In this document: piece by piece, positions 40,181 through 55,206 of the stretch | Numbering within the stretch: position 1 is the stretch's first letter | How the letters are laid out: the number at the start of each line of letters is the position of its first letter | From: Paramecium tetraurelia | Taxonomy: Eukaryota | Assembly: GCA_000165425.1 (NCBI GenBank) | Contig: CT868596.1 | Location: 62,001 to 126,000 of the forward strand | DNA length: 64,000 bases | Direction: 5' to 3' | Made by a program: the position numbers and the translations under genes | Notes under the pieces: generated by a model | Database searches by the model: none | Seen by the model: only the letters and a program-made list of their open reading frames with translations | What the model was told of the DNA's origin: nothing

Positions 40181-43100
40181 ATGTAATTTTATAATAAGCT
40201 AAAACATAAATTTTAGCAGTCAAAGTAAGAACCATCCCAAACACCTCCAACAAATGAATTGGGTCTTAGTCAGCATAAACCACCTTTGGTCGATTCAAGA
40301 TAATAATGGAATACGAATGTTTACTTGGTTCCAAAATGGGAAAAGAAAGATATTAAAAGAGTTGATTCATCACTCCACGCACCATTTCCAATACGAAATT
40401 ATATCAATTATGTTTAGTAGCATAGTGGAGGATTCTAAGAAGAATTGAATTTGGATTTCTTTAAGCATATTTTTAGACATTTTGCGATTAATTAGTGGTG
40501 GATAGAGGAGGCACGGAAATTCAAATAAAGTGTTCCTATTAATATTCTATAGAGCCCTGAGGAAGTTAGATAAAATCCTGAATATTGTAAATTGATGATG
40601 TAAAAGTAGAAGGATGATCTAAAGTTTTATCAAGAAATTTTAAGAAATGTGAAATCTCCGAACCCACCTTTTCCATCTAGATAAATTCCTGAATACAGGA
40701 AATCTATAACATATTAAGTGTTGGATTTGCATGCTGGATAAGAACATAAAGATAAATCGTTGTTTCAGTTATAGGATGTTTTTGTTAACAGAATAATATA
40801 GTTGATTTCTGAATAAGGAGTTTAAAGTTTAGGGTACTATGACTACGTTACATTTAAGAATATAGTTCAGGATAGAATCAAAGGAGCAGGAGATGCTGAG
40901 AACTTTGTAAAGATTTTGGAAATCAAAAGGTTATTCAATTCTGTAGATCAGATCTAAAAGGAATTCGATAAAACTGTAAATGAATGGCAAAGAGAATACA
41001 CACTGACATCTAATAATACAAAAAGCAAATTTAGAAGATGGCAACAAGAGAAGACGTTATTTTCTGATGAATTACTATAATTAGCAAGCAATGTTGGATT
41101 AGATGCAAATCTGGTGAAAGCAAGGAAGAATTTTGATTTGAACAAGACTGAATAGCAATATAAAGAGCTTGTTAAGGTGGGAGATTAGATCTAATTGAGC
41201 ACCCATAAAACAATAATGGATACTCTGTCTAAGATCGCCTAAGATGAATATAATAATATTTCTGTAAACAACTCAGTTTTACAAGAAGATGCTCTTTAAC
41301 TTGCCAGAGTATAATATGAAGAATAGAAAAATATTATAAAGTTGGAACATTCATCTGAAGGTTCAATTCCTTAATACTCTGAAGTTCCCAATAGTAGGGA
41401 ATGCAGTGATATATTTTAGAATGTTTTAGAACAAAAGTAGTTGAATGAATCTAACAAATTATTCTAATAACCAATTGTGGAATAAAGATTAAACAACAAT
41501 GTCTCGGCTGAAATGCAGAAACCATTTTTGTAGTATGCCAAACAATAAAGTTATAAGTTATAACAAAAACCGGCAAATAGTAGTTCACCATAGAGAAGAA
41601 TGCTTGTAGTATCAGAGAATAATAGTAGGTCTAATAACAATAGCAATAACTAAAACAATACTCATAGAGTTCAATCTTAAGGATAAGAGAAAATGTTATA
41701 ATCTTAATGGTCTCAGCAGTCCTTGAAGTCTCTCGAAGATATCATTAAACCTCCTTATGAGGATGATATTAATAAACATCCTGTCAAAACATCTAAGGAA
41801 TAACCCTAAAAAAATAGTATGCAATTTTATTAGAAACTTGATTATAAAGATTCCAAATAATTTGAAAATGCCTATAAGGATGCAAATGCAAACAAGAATC
41901 TAACTTAGAATACTATCAGTCATCATTAATATAATATTTAATAAGGATAGAGTAATAGCCACAACAATATGAGCATTAGTTTAAACAATAAGAATACTAG
42001 CAACAGCATTAATGATGACATCAAGCTCTTGAGTGACTTCGTACAATAAAATAGGGTTTCATAATAGAAACTGAAGGACAAACTATTTAGTTAAGAGAAG
42101 GAAAAGGATGAACTCAGATAACTCTAAGAGGAACTTGAAAATATATCAAGGGATGATAATGTTAGCAACTTCAGAAAGAATACTTTAGAATCCCAGGACA
42201 AAGAGAAGAGTTTAGACATTTAAAGTTAGAGTAGAACTATTTCATCAAAGGAAGATAAAAAATATAAGGAGTCTATTGAGAACTAAGTCAAATTAGATTA
42301 TGGTTACAATGTTCCATCTTCAATGCCAGGATCATTATCCAATAATACCACTGCCAGAACTTCTAGAAACACAAGCAATTATAATTCTATTTAAAATAAA
42401 AGATCAAAAGTAGATAGTATCGAGGAGGCATCAGAAGAGTAAGCAATTAACTAACAACAAGAATAGGCAATTAAATAACAATAAGTGTAGGGGGAAAATG
42501 AAAATGTCAGAAGAGTTTCACCAAATAAATTAACAAGACAAACGTCAATTAAAAGTAATTTAAGAGCTAACGAACAACGTGTTGATAACAAATAATAATC
42601 AAGAGATAGTAAACACTCAAGATAGGATAAATCATAAGGTAGAGATACTCATATTCAAATTAATTAACTCAATTACATGCAAGATTCGAAACAAGATGAC
42701 ATTAATAATTATTAAATTTCTTAACAATCAAGTGACCTATCTCCCTAAAAGTCTAAAAAAAGTGCAAAAAGTCCAGAGAAGGCTAAGAGATTTCAAAAAT
42801 CAGTTACTAAAATCATAGACTCTAATAAATAAAATAAAAAGGAATAATAAAAATTAGAGATTGTTAATAAACCATTTGAGAGTCAATAGCAAGCCTAATA
42901 AGATATCAGAAAAAGCAGACATAAAACAGGAAACAGGGAAGCGGTTGATGAATCTTCATAAGAAGAGCAGGACAAAGAAGATGATGAAGAGAAAAGAAAC
43001 AATAATAAGTTTAAAAGATAGAAATCAATAAGGAAAGGATAATTTCATTCAGTTTCAATGCCAAAAATTGGAAAAGATGAGGATCCTAAAAAATATTTAT

Positions 43101-43858
43101 TGATTTTAAAGGAAGAACTCAAAGAGTTAATAGAGAAGAAAGTGAGTTTAAGGGAAATAAAGGAGCATATTAATTTAATTCTTAGTGAAATTGCAGGAGT
43201 GAAACTTGATCCAGAGTTGGAATACTATTTATAATTATGTAAATTAGCTAAATTAATTCTTTAGATAAATAAAGGGTAATGGAGTTGACTTAGGTAAATC
43301 AACATTCCAGGGAAATTCATTTTTAGACTCTTCAACCATCAGCCGAATTGAATATCAGGCGAGAAATAAAGGGATTGAAATTTGCTAGAAATTGTGATCG
43401 AATTCCAAAATTGTAACCGAAAGATTTAGAAGACACTTTTGTATTATAATAGTAAATTTCAATTTATAATATTGTATAGATAATCTTAAAAAGAATAAGA
43501 TCTCGCTGATTAGGAAAGCAAAGTCCAGTCGTATCAACCAATTTTCCGGTATGAGCAAAGACCCTAAGCAATTTAATCGGACATCATATAGGTTTCTTTG
43601 GATGTTTCAAGAAGACAAACACCAAACACACATCGTCAGGAGAGAGCGGGGTCGTTGCTGGAGGTGGATTTGCCGATTCTCACTCAGAGGAAGGGGAATA
43701 TGGTGGAGAATAAAAGGAAGAAAAAGACCAGATATGCTGGGTAGACTTCGATAAAGAGAGACAAGTTGAGTGAGGATTATCCTTTTCTATATAAGTACAA
43801 GCCAGAGTTGTTGAAGTGCATATTGGAAGCTCGTATTAGCCTTGAGAAATTGGTTTGA
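40181..43858 (+). CDS. Large hypothetical Q/N/S-rich low-complexity protein
   Basis: ATG 40181 MQFYNKLKHKF...; long open code-6 frame; globular-looking C-terminus ...YPFLYKYKPELLKCILEARISLEKLV*. Intron(s) near 43440. Confidence 0.8.
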
Positions 43859-43876
43859 TTAATTAAGATTTTATTT

Positions 43877-46800
43877 ATGATGCTTAAAATTAAGTATTCC
43901 TACATCTCAACTCAAGTGCTTCGATCATAAAATGTTGTTAGATTCGATGCTGAAATCAAACAATCACATTTATTAGGAGAGCAATTTGGATAATAGGTGT
44001 TTGCAAAACTTAACCATTTTCATAAGCATAATGTTTTGACTCCAACCATGTTAGATCAGATTCATAGATTTTTGGAGAGTTATGATTTGGATGAGACAGT
44101 GAATATCATATGGTTGGATTGCTAATCTAAAGGGACAGATTTGAAGTGTATGCAATTGTAATGACAATTAGATTTATAACACTTGTCTCAACAGGAGAAG
44201 ATTGAATACCTGAGACAAATATAAAATATGGCAGTCTACTTTGGGAAGTACAATAAAATTTTGATGCCTGTAATAACAGGAGAAGCAAGTGGATCAATGG
44301 CAGCCTTAGCATGTTCAACTCCATTCTAATTTTTTGAGTAAAAAGGAGGCATTCGATTTAATGATGTAAACAAAGGATTTGTCCCTCATGCAGGGTAACA
44401 ATGAATAAGAATATTAGCGCTACGTTTCATTTGTCTAGATTGCCGGATTAATTGGGGTTGTTCTACGCCTTGACTGGCCGATGGTTGAAGAATGAAGAAG
44501 CATTAAACTTGGAGTTGATATATGGCAATCTGAGGGATAGAAACAAAGCCATTGATTATATCGATTAGACCACTTAATAGTATAAGACACCCACTACTGC
44601 AAAAATGTACCCAAAGTAGGTGAAAAGGGGACTTTAATAATTCAAATATGGATAGAAGAGATTTTTAGCAAAATTGAGTTAAGAAATGTTGATTAGAATG
44701 AAGAACGAAGATGCATAGTAAGTCGCTTAAGAATTAATTTACAAACTCAAAAGATTCTAAGAGGAGAATCTTTTAAGTGAGAAATTTGAAAAGCCCAAGT
44801 AAACCATAGCCAATCCATACCTCCACTTTAAAACACTGAACATTGATAGTCTAGAAGAAATGAGCATAATATCAAGAGAGAACTTAGTTAAATTGGATAA
44901 GGCCTTGATTGCTAGATGTTTCAGTGGAGATAGTGTATAGGAGATTATGGATAAATTGAGGGCTGAATAGAGTTAATTTGCCCAGGAGATCTTAAAGGAA
45001 TTAGAAGCATAACCGAGATTATCTCTTGATATCACATTCAAATTAATAAGGTAGGCAGAGAAATGGTAATGGAGAGATTGTCTAGTTGCTGAATATAATG
45101 TAGCTTCAAATCTTGCTAATAGTGGTTTGATGGAGAAATAAGGAAAAGTTGATAACATTGATTCCTTCTTCAGTCATGTTACTCCATCAATTGATTATTT
45201 GCCAGATGCTATCGAACCAGTCAGAGATTATTATACTGAGTATCCTGACAATATTAGGGTCTTTTTGAATGAACAAAATCTTAGAAAGGGGTTGATTGAT
45301 AGAGCCAATTAGGAAGTGGATGTGGCTGCCTTTATGAAAAATAATGATCATATGTTGGATGGTTCGATCAGAGTGGCAGATTTGAGAAAAATGAGAGTTG
45401 AAATAGCTGAATTGAAAAGAGATGTCAAAAGCAATATGGATAAATTGAAAAGCATAGTTGGATACGAAGAAAACCTAAAGAAGTTCATAGAGGAAAGACA
45501 AGCTTATTTGGATAATATTAAGGATTTTGGAACTCTTTTGGAAGATTCAGTAAACTCCTTCTTCGAGAAGGCTAATTAAGCAAGATTCAATGGGTATGCA
45601 AATGTTGCCAAGATTGCATCTGTAAAACCAAAGAGAGAATTGTTTTCATTAGTAAGAAACTCTATTTTGAATCACAAATTAACCGAAGACAATGATGAAA
45701 TTGATGTCTTAAAGAAATAGTAGGCATGGAATAGATCAATGTAGAGATTGCTCATCTTTCCAAAGGATGATAAAAAATCGTTCTATGAAAATGAGTTACC
45801 AGACAAAATAGCAGACAAAGAAGTAACAGATTAAGTATTTAGAGCCAGAAATATAAGAGATAAATTATATGAAACCAGATATGGAGATATCCATCAAGAG
45901 TTTAGTTCATAAATTGATAACTTTTATAAGAATGTCATTTAAAATGTCACTCAATCAAATAAATTCAACAATATACAAGAGTATTTAGAAGGAAAAGAAG
46001 TCAAGGAAATATTGGAATTATTGAAGGAAAATAAAGAAGAGATTATTATTAATTTAAAAAAAGAACCTGTAGGGTAAGTAAACAAGGAGAATTTAATCAA
46101 GCAAATGAAATCATAAATAGAACATCTGAAATAAAAAGATGAGATTCCATCTAATCTCGAAGGATTGATTTAGGCTGATGAGAATTTGAGCGAAATAATG
46201 GCTGACTTCTTTAAATGTCCTGAAGAATTCAAACCATTATAGGCAATTTTCGAATAGATATTAACATCCATTTATAGAATGAGAGCCAAGTAATTCAAGC
46301 ACTTAAATGAGTTGGCAGTTATTGATGATTAGATTAATGAGGCTTTGACTTTGGACTCTTTTAAAGTAATTGAGAGCAATCTTATGTTTTCTTTTTCGTA
46401 TATCCTATTGTGTAAGTTAGAAGAAATTTATTGCTCATTTAAGTAAGGTAGTTCTTTTGAAATTTAGACCCTTGAAATTCTTATAAGAGTATGGATTTTA
46501 ATTACAAAACTTTAAATAATTCGAAAGACTGTTGGATTATTTAAATAAAAAATTGAGAGCTGCAGCAACACTCTATAACACCTATAGAGAAAAGACTCTA
46601 GTTGAATCTGATAAATTGCTAGATTACATCTTCACTCTTTAATCTTCTAGAGTGCCAAATTTCAAATCCAAAGCTGTTTATACAAATCTCTTAAGTTTGA
46701 AAATTAAAACTAATTATGAGAATTAAATAACCTCATTGGAAGAGAAGCCAATAAGTTAAACTACTCTTGACGATGTTTATGGTGCTTTGGAAAGCAAATC

Positions 46801-47648
46801 ACATAGAATGAGTTAATTCTATAAACAAAACTTACCAAAATACAGGAGAGGTTAACTTTAAAAGCGTATATATTTTAGAGACGATATTTACTTTACTTCT
46901 AAAAAGGAAATTGAGATTTATGGCAAAATCTAAAGACTTAAAGCATAGAAACAAAGGAGATTGATAATAGGAGTCAGTCATTAACTGAGGTAGTTGGATT
47001 TAATAGCAGAACGATAGGTTGAGATTACACCCAAAGAACTTTTGTAATAAAAAGAAGATTTGGAAAAGGCTTTATAAAAGAAATGGTTTTGTTATCAATC
47101 AATTGACTAATGGTTTAAAGAATTAGTCTAAGAGACAGTGGAAGAAATTTATCATCCAGATCTCCTTTTGACTGAGGATGAGTTTAAGCAATACATTCAA
47201 ATGAGTTTCAATGAACAAAAGAAATTATTAGAATCCTTGAGAGCAGAACTAATTTTAGGAGTCTAGAATGAGAGGGATGAACTAATTTAAGAATAAAAGT
47301 AAGACTTTCTAATTATTAATTAGGTTCAATCCAGAATTACCAGAAATCCAAAACTTAGCACAACAGTTGACTGTTGCTGAATCTCTACACGTAGAAGGAC
47401 TCATCGAAGAAATCGAACCAACTGAGACATTGTTCGTTGGCAAAAAAGGAACAATTCTGAAGATAGGAGGAGAACTTCCTATTCCATTGAATGAGACTCA
47501 ATATAGAGAATTGAGAACTAAGATGATTGGAAGAGTCGAATACTTAGTTGGGGAATGGGCTCAAGAACCAAAACTCATTGATCAAGCTGATATTGAGTTG
47601 TTGTATGATAAAATTCAATAGATCCAAGAAAAGAATGGATATAAGTGA
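43877..47648 (+). CDS. ~1200 aa protein with an N-terminal degenerate crotonase/HIBCH-like domain, probably mitochondrial
   Basis: AKLNHFHKHNVLT..ML, RFNDVNKGFVPHAGATFHLSRLP..LGLFYALTG, IARCFSGDSVQEIMDKL, then a long helical extension. About 4 introns. Confidence 0.8.
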
Positions 47649-47726
47649 TGATTAATTTAATAAATAATATAAGAGTGTCACAAAATATAGTGACTGATTC
47701 AATTAATTACATATTATTTTTATAAA

Positions 47727-50386
47727 TCAATTGTCCTATATCAAAGGCTCATGGATGTTAGAGTGTTCAATCGATTGATACACCGATCGCTCTGAATTAA
47801 TGACCCTATTCAGGGTTGATTCACAACTTGAATACGATGCTTCCAATTGAAGGATATCCATAAGCTAAGCTAAAATCTCTCATTGATTTAATACCTTGCA
47901 AAGAAATGGCGTTCTTAAAATCTTCCGTATTTTGACAAAGCAATAACTTGTCTCCCAATTCCTCAATCAATACAATCAATACGATCAGGTAGACATTCTT
48001 ATTTGTATTCATCTTTCTTATGATCAAACTCCAAATATTATATAAGGGCAAAGATTGAACAATATTAGTGTAGAAACTAATTAGAATGTCGTAGATGATA
48101 TTGCTAATAGCAATGTCATAAATTTTGCAATGCTTCATCAGACTCTGATGTTGAAACTCCAAATATTGTATGACTGTCTCTTAAGGACAAAACAAAGCAT
48201 CTTCTTTAGTTAATGGAAATCGAATATTTCTCATTAGATCTAAGAACGACACAAAGAGCCAAAATGCTTGAGCTTCTGAATCAAATTTATCGCCAAACAC
48301 AGGATTTGAAAGTTTATAAAAAAAGTGAGAATGCGTAATACACATAAATTTACTTGCAATTGTAAATATAGTATTGAGTAGTGAAGTATTTAATTAAATT
48401 CCTCTAACATTACAATAAATCAAGAATGTTATTAACATGCTTTGACATTGTTTATGCTAATGTGCTTAAATAACAGGTAATCTGTTCATGAATTCATGGA
48501 CATCTTTCTCCTAAGGCAAAGTCAAATTTGGAGTTGATTTTAATTGTTAATAAATTTTCACATTTTCTTCATTGTCCACAAAATCTTAGAAATTTCTTTT
48601 AAGGATGTCTATGATAGGCTTAACTACTTTATCCATTCCATCCAAAGAAGAGAACCAAGCTGTAGGAATACATGGAGGCTATAAACAAATGTTCTCAATA
48701 TAAAATCCTTAATACAAACTTTGAATTTCTTCACCGTATTTATCAATTTCAAGATCATATCTCACAGCTTCTGAAATTGGAACCTAAATGATACATATTT
48801 ATTACTGGGGTTCTCTGTTCAATGATCTTTAAAGCTATCTTTCTGAGAATGCCATTTAATTAGATGAACTTCAGCCTATCTAAAAAAATGGGGTCAATGT
48901 TTGAACGTTCGAGTATGTCCATTTCTACAAAGATTTTGGAAGCTCCAAATTCCAATTGCACCCAAAATGATCGACCTTCATATAGATATTGAACCAAATC
49001 CTGCAATTATATTCTCAGGACTTTTGAAGATGTATTGGTTTCTTATTTATTAGTATTTAATAGTTACTAATTGTATCTATAACTTAAAGGTCCAGAAAAT
49101 CTCTGTATCCCAAATTCTCAATAGTAATTGTTTTATTGCCGCATACTCCAAGTAATCCATCTTTGAAAACCCAACTGGTGAAGTCTCTTCTTCTTTATTG
49201 ACTCATCTGAGTTAGGAGACGAGTAGTGTAATATGGGTTTTAGTCAATATGATATTGTAAGCCGTCTAATTGTTTTGTGTTTTCGATATCTTTAGTGTTC
49301 TCTGTTCTCTATAATAATTTGTTATAAAGATACTTCAGATACAAATCTTACTTCTAATTAAGGGCGTATCAATTAGGTGTTGCTCTGCATATACATGCTA
49401 AGAAATTTGATAGAAAACTCTTTTGGTTTGTTGTGATGAATATGAATTGCTCTATCCTACCAATACTTGTAGAATCGCTTGATTTCCTAATTCTTTGGTC
49501 TCAGATAGGTGACCATTTGCTCTAATAATTCCAATCTCCTCTTTTCTTTGGATTATCTTTCTAATTCTCTCTAATTTTCTGTAGCCTTCAATTGTTCTTA
49601 TTCTTTCAATGATAATTGCTTCATTTTTTCTTGATAATCTTGTTCATCTTTGTATTACTTCTCACTCTTGGCTTACCATTTTTTAATATGATAATTCATG
49701 ACCTATCTGTCTAAAGAGATCAAAAAGTTTTCATCCAATTTAGCTTTTTGCTTTTTCAATTAATTCATTTGTGTTGTGTAAGTTCCAAGAAGTTAAGCAA
49801 ATTATAATGCCCAAGTAAATGTAAACTTTTCCTCATATTCTTAATAACAATATTCAAAACATCTAGCAACTAATTTTGGTTTCACTTGCAATAATTTCTC
49901 AATTATCAAATATCTTTGCCACTTTATTGCCTAATTTTTATCCTTTCTATAAATGTAAACACCAGAATGTCCTTTCTCAAAATCCAGTAATAATCTTGCC
50001 ATATCACCATTTTTGTTGTACCAAGTCTTTTAATCAGCTGCCTTGGTTTCCACATAGACTCTTTAATAAAGAGGGAATGATTTTACAGGCTTATGATCTT
50101 TGAGTTATTGAAGGATGTGCTTCTCAAATCTTACTTGTCTATCCAAATAACCACCTGTTACACTACTCTTCTTTTGCATCACCAATTCTTCCTTCTTTTA
50201 ATCAACACTGAGACAAAGACTCATGATCATTTCATCCGTAATCAATTCCTTATTTGCTATATTCTATTATTCCTCCTTGAATTGCTATCTGAAGGATTTG
50301 GTAAGCAGGGTGTGATAATCATTCTTGGCATCTGTCAACCAACCCAAGTCGATTTTCCTTCCCTCACAAAATTATTAATTTTGCAT
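47727..50386 (-). CDS. Hypothetical protein with a degenerate C-terminal Rab-GAP TBC-like region
   Basis: ATG 50386 MQNQQFCEGRKIDLGW...; C-terminal EAQAFWLFVSFL, LYNIWSLII, LLLCQNTEDF. A final 25-nt intron moves the stop to 47727. Confidence 0.7.
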
Positions 50387-50465
50387 TAGAATTAATATAA
50401 ATAATGCTCAATTAAAATCAGAATGTAACTAGTTAAAGCATGTTATACTTATATTATTTATTTTA

Positions 50466-53400
50466 ATGTAGATACTATTATTTATTAACCAGAAAAATTA
50501 TTATGAAGAAATATTAATTTAAATCTTAATAACACTCGAAGCATTTGGAATCGCTTTATATGTTGATCCCCTGTATTCAATAATAATTAATGGCACCTTC
50601 ATTTTGACATTCATAATTTTATCATAATATTATTAGAAAGCAAGAATATTTCGATTGTGGTATCATCATCAGTTTTACGTTGCGTTGCCTCTATTTATTC
50701 AATCCCAGCAAGTAGAAATTATCGACATATGCAATATTCTATTAATAACCATATTGGCCATTCTATTTTTATCATATACTGAAATTACAGGAGAAATTTA
50801 AATATACAAATTTTTGAGGATATTCAAATTTATCATGATCTTAATAACCTTTTCGATCCATTACCAAAGCCAATTAGCATACAACATCTGTGTCATGATC
50901 TACGATTCAATTATAATAATATAAACCTTTGGAATTGCATTGGTTACTTCACCAAATTTGTTGAAATTTAAGATTATCGCCATTATCTCGATGAATCGAC
51001 TTACTATTTTGATACTCTACTTCACTATTTCATGGCAATCCTTGCTATTCATCATACCCATCATAATATGTCTAAGTTTCAAAATTTTGGACATTTTTAT
51101 TCACCATTAAATTAGAATTTCTCTATTAAAAAAACCATTCCAATTGAAATAACTTATCCTTATGTAATTCACGTATTAATTGGGATAAAGTGTGGGCTTA
51201 TTCTATCTGTCACAGATTCTGGTTACTCATTCTAAGGAGTGCAATAGACCGAATTGTTTTTGCGCCTAAAGCTTTCAATTCACTTAAGAGTAAACTTGGA
51301 TTTCGCCAGATTAAGTTTTGAAATAGCATCTTAATTAAGTTCTTGGAGAAATCTTAAGATTGTACAACATCTCATATCTTGAAAATTCCTAAGAATATGT
51401 AAAGACATTCTTATATCTAAGTTTTTATTATTGAGTAGAATCGAAACTCAATATCAGAATGACAAATTGTTTGAAACTCTTTTGAGAAGCCAAAAGCTCA
51501 GTTCAACCAAATTTTATGGCTACACTGTGTTGCCACATCACTTTCGAATCCAGAGTCATAGAGAAATGTTTTTTGAGAAATTGCTTTAGAAAATTGAAGG
51601 AGTGAGAATCAACAGTTAGATTTATTTCAATTATTGCAATTTGGTTGAACAATTAGGTTCATCAATTATTAAATTACTAAATTAAAGGTAGTAAATTTTT
51701 GTATTCTTGACTCTATAATATCAGAACCCTCTCTATTACTTATACCATAATAAGATGTACACTTATATTAAACTTGTCTAAAAATGTGAAATTCTATTGA
51801 ATGATATTCTGAGACTGAACCCTCATTCAATCGTGACTAAGAATTTATCCCATGCTCTGTATGCATTAGCCACTTTCCAATAAGATAAATTGAAGTAAAT
51901 AACATCCTTATTAGTTTTATAAAATTTCAAAATTGACAATCTATGGAACACTTTAAACGATATGCAATGTTGCTATGTTTAATGTAAATACGACAATGGA
52001 TTGATCATGCTAAATCATTCCATTCTGTTTCCGAAGTTGATGGAAGGTACCATTTTAATTGAATTTAAGAAACCGAAATAAAATCTGACTTAGTGGGACA
52101 TTACATAGATAGGATATTACCAAGTCCTGTAAGGGAGGTTCACTAGACATTTCTCAGAAGGTTGATTGAAGAAGGGAAGCCGAGATTGCTGAATAATGGG
52201 ATTCAATAATTTTACATCACCACAAACAAAGGGTTTATGAAAGAAATTGATAGTCTGGTTAGATTAGGTCAGAGTATGGAATACCTAACATTTATGACAA
52301 TCATGGGTTACAAGTAGGAGGATAATTGTGGGAAGATCTTATTGAGTTAGAAAGGCACTGTATATTCTTACTCAGAATAGGCAGTAAATTTACTTCAGTT
52401 AAATAGAATTTTGAAATTGGATCATAAGATTAATTTAAATTTTAAGATTTGTATACCCATCTCTGGCAATATTAATGAATTGTGCAATGGATTTATAATT
52501 ATACCAAAGGTAAATTTAATGTAATCAGATTCAACCTTTAAAAAAATACAATCAAATAACATCAATTAAGTTTCATTTTACAAGTATTTTCTCAAACATC
52601 CTAAATAATGCAGTGTATTCATTTCAATTTATAAATTTTGTAATTCAGCCTATGATGATAACAAATTATAATACGAAACTCTTTACATATTCCAATCCAA
52701 TGAAATAAAGGATGTTGAATTAAAAATGATAGCATTGGAATTGATGTTTAAATAAGTAATGATTTTGCATAACATATAATCTGATACGTATCTGACCAGC
52801 TACACTTCGTTTAAATCAATAATTCCTGAAACTTATCAAATCACTAATAGTGGTAAGACTCCCTCTTATAAGGAGGAAATGAATGATAACAACTTTGCTA
52901 TTAGTGATGAAAGTATACACATTCAACAAGATCCATTGAGTCTATCACTTCATTAATTTTTCAAATAAGAACAAAATGAACAAAATGAATAGAAAGTAAT
53001 AGTTAATTAGAATAATCATTCTTCTATCATTGCAAATTCGTTTCAAACTTAAGATTTACTAATCTCCCAACTCAGAATTAATGATGAATTAAGCAATCGA
53101 GATAGTAGAAGAGAACATCTGTAACTGATTTAAACCAATCAACATAGTGTTGACATTCAACCCCATTAACAGTTGAGTGTAAGGGAGGAAGATGATGTAG
53201 AATCACCAGTAGAAATGAAAGTAGAATAGGAACTTGAGGTTTCAATTAAAGATCTAACTGATCAATAGATGAAGGAACAAATAGAGTGGATAAAATCATA
53301 AGTTAGAGTGAATAAATATTAATTTCACAATAAATAGTAGCATTTTGTACCGACTGCCTTAAAAAAGAGATCTAATCATAAACTAACAATTGAATAATAA

Positions 53401-55152
53401 CCATCTACATCTGTAAAGAGTACGGACTCTTAAAAAGGTCTTATAAATCACATAATCAATGGGATGATTCAATCTAATCCTCACGAGTTTTACAGTATAT
53501 TAGTGGTTGCATTAATATATGCAATAATTTTAGTTATCCTAGTTACATTAAGCATTGTTGCAATTAATAATGAACTACATCACATCTATTTAGATTCCAC
53601 AGGTGGCTAGTTTTCAATAACCCTGTTGCAGAACATTAATTTGATGGAAATATCTATTCATATATTAGCACATGATTAGAAATTTCTTGCTCCTTATTTC
53701 TATATCACTAATTCAACTGACGACTACATTAACTAAATTAGAAATTATAATGATCGAAAATTTATTAATCCAGAAGTCTTAATAGGTTTAGAAGAATCCC
53801 AAATTTGTATTCTTCATTTCTTCTCTAATAACGGCGATTAAGTTAAATCTTGTTACTATACAAGAGATTTCTTGGTAGATTAATTGCCGTTGTTATTTCA
53901 TAGAATTACAGAGGTTGTGGAATTTTATTCATCTCGTTTTAATCTGTCAAACATGGAAGAAAGTTACTTTACACTAAACTATCCTACTTATTTCCAATTG
54001 GCAACTAATTTAATTGATGAAGCTTATAATGAGATGAGTAACACTAAAAATAGTTCTCTATATATAGCATCCATTTATGTTATTTCAGGAGTAACTTCAT
54101 GTCTTGGGGTTGCCTTTTTCATACTTATTGCCGAGATACAAATAGCCAAATGGAGAGTTTCTATTGTTAGAACCTATTTCTTGTTTTAAAACTTGAATCA
54201 AGCTCTGAATGATTAAGACAATGAGATTTAAAGAATTTTAGAAATCGATGAATTGTCACACATGAAGTACTCTCTTTTGAAATTAGATAAAAATGGTTAG
54301 CAGTCTCTCAAATAAGAATACAGAAATATTGATCATCGATTAAAGAAACAATTTTGGGCTAAACAATTGGCTCTGGTTTTTCTAATAGGTGCATTAGAAC
54401 TACTCTATTTCATTCCTTACTATGAATTATTTCAAACTCAAGTATAATAAATCATTGATTTTCATAATGATGTCCATTACTTAGGACTGGCTCAACTTGC
54501 TTTTAGTAATCGCTTAGTCCATTTCATATAATCATATGCAAATCCTAATTACTCAGTTGATGAGAGTACCTTCCAATATTATGATGAATTATATTCTTAC
54601 TATGAAGATATATATCTATTTTAATTGCCATTTGATAATGAACACGATACTTATTCACTTACTTCTATGGTCAATAATGATATTTGCCAAATGGGTTCAA
54701 TAGTTCCCATGATTTAATTGGGCTATAAATGTCCGTACATTCTACAGCAAGGGTATTCGAAATATATGGTTAACTCTCAAAGTACTCTGAGGATCATGAA
54801 ATCTGATTATGATTCCCGCTTAGGATTAGGGTAGATTCTACTAGATTAGGACTTTTTAGACATCATCATAGCCTATGGGTTTGTGTTTCCTTAGTTTAAT
54901 TTGAACAGAGACAACCTTTTTATTAGTCAGAACGTTTAAAATGAGGATTCTAAAGTTTAGGCCATTTTGATGGCGACTTTAATTCTTATAGCTTTATTAA
55001 TGGTATTTTTAACGATTATTTATTTTATTTCAAAACAATTTCTAGCGATTATCGAGGCAGTCAAACAATCCTTATTAATATTCTCAAGATAGTAGATTGC
55101 AAGGAATAAACATCTAGTTTAGGTATTAAGCAAAGAAGTAACCCTTGATTGA
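50466..55152 (+). CDS. Large multi-pass membrane protein with a PAS domain (ciliate PAS-TM family)
   Basis: N-terminal TM cluster; PAS-like LVGHYIDRILPSPVREVHQTFLRRLIEEGK..ITTNKGF; further paired TM helices in the C-terminal half; ends ..KEVTLD*. Confidence 0.82.
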
Positions 55153-55206
55153 TTATAATTCCTATAAAAACTGAGAATAATTTTAAAAATTAAATTATCT
55201 CTAATT

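Noticed and set aside
46380..46540. Possible gene boundary or retained IES in the HIBCH-like gene
   Set aside because: One 25-nt GT..AG intron restores a continuous frame.
47821..47823. TGA as the end of the TBC-like gene
   Set aside because: A 25-nt intron just upstream shifts the frame; the stop is more plausibly at 47727.
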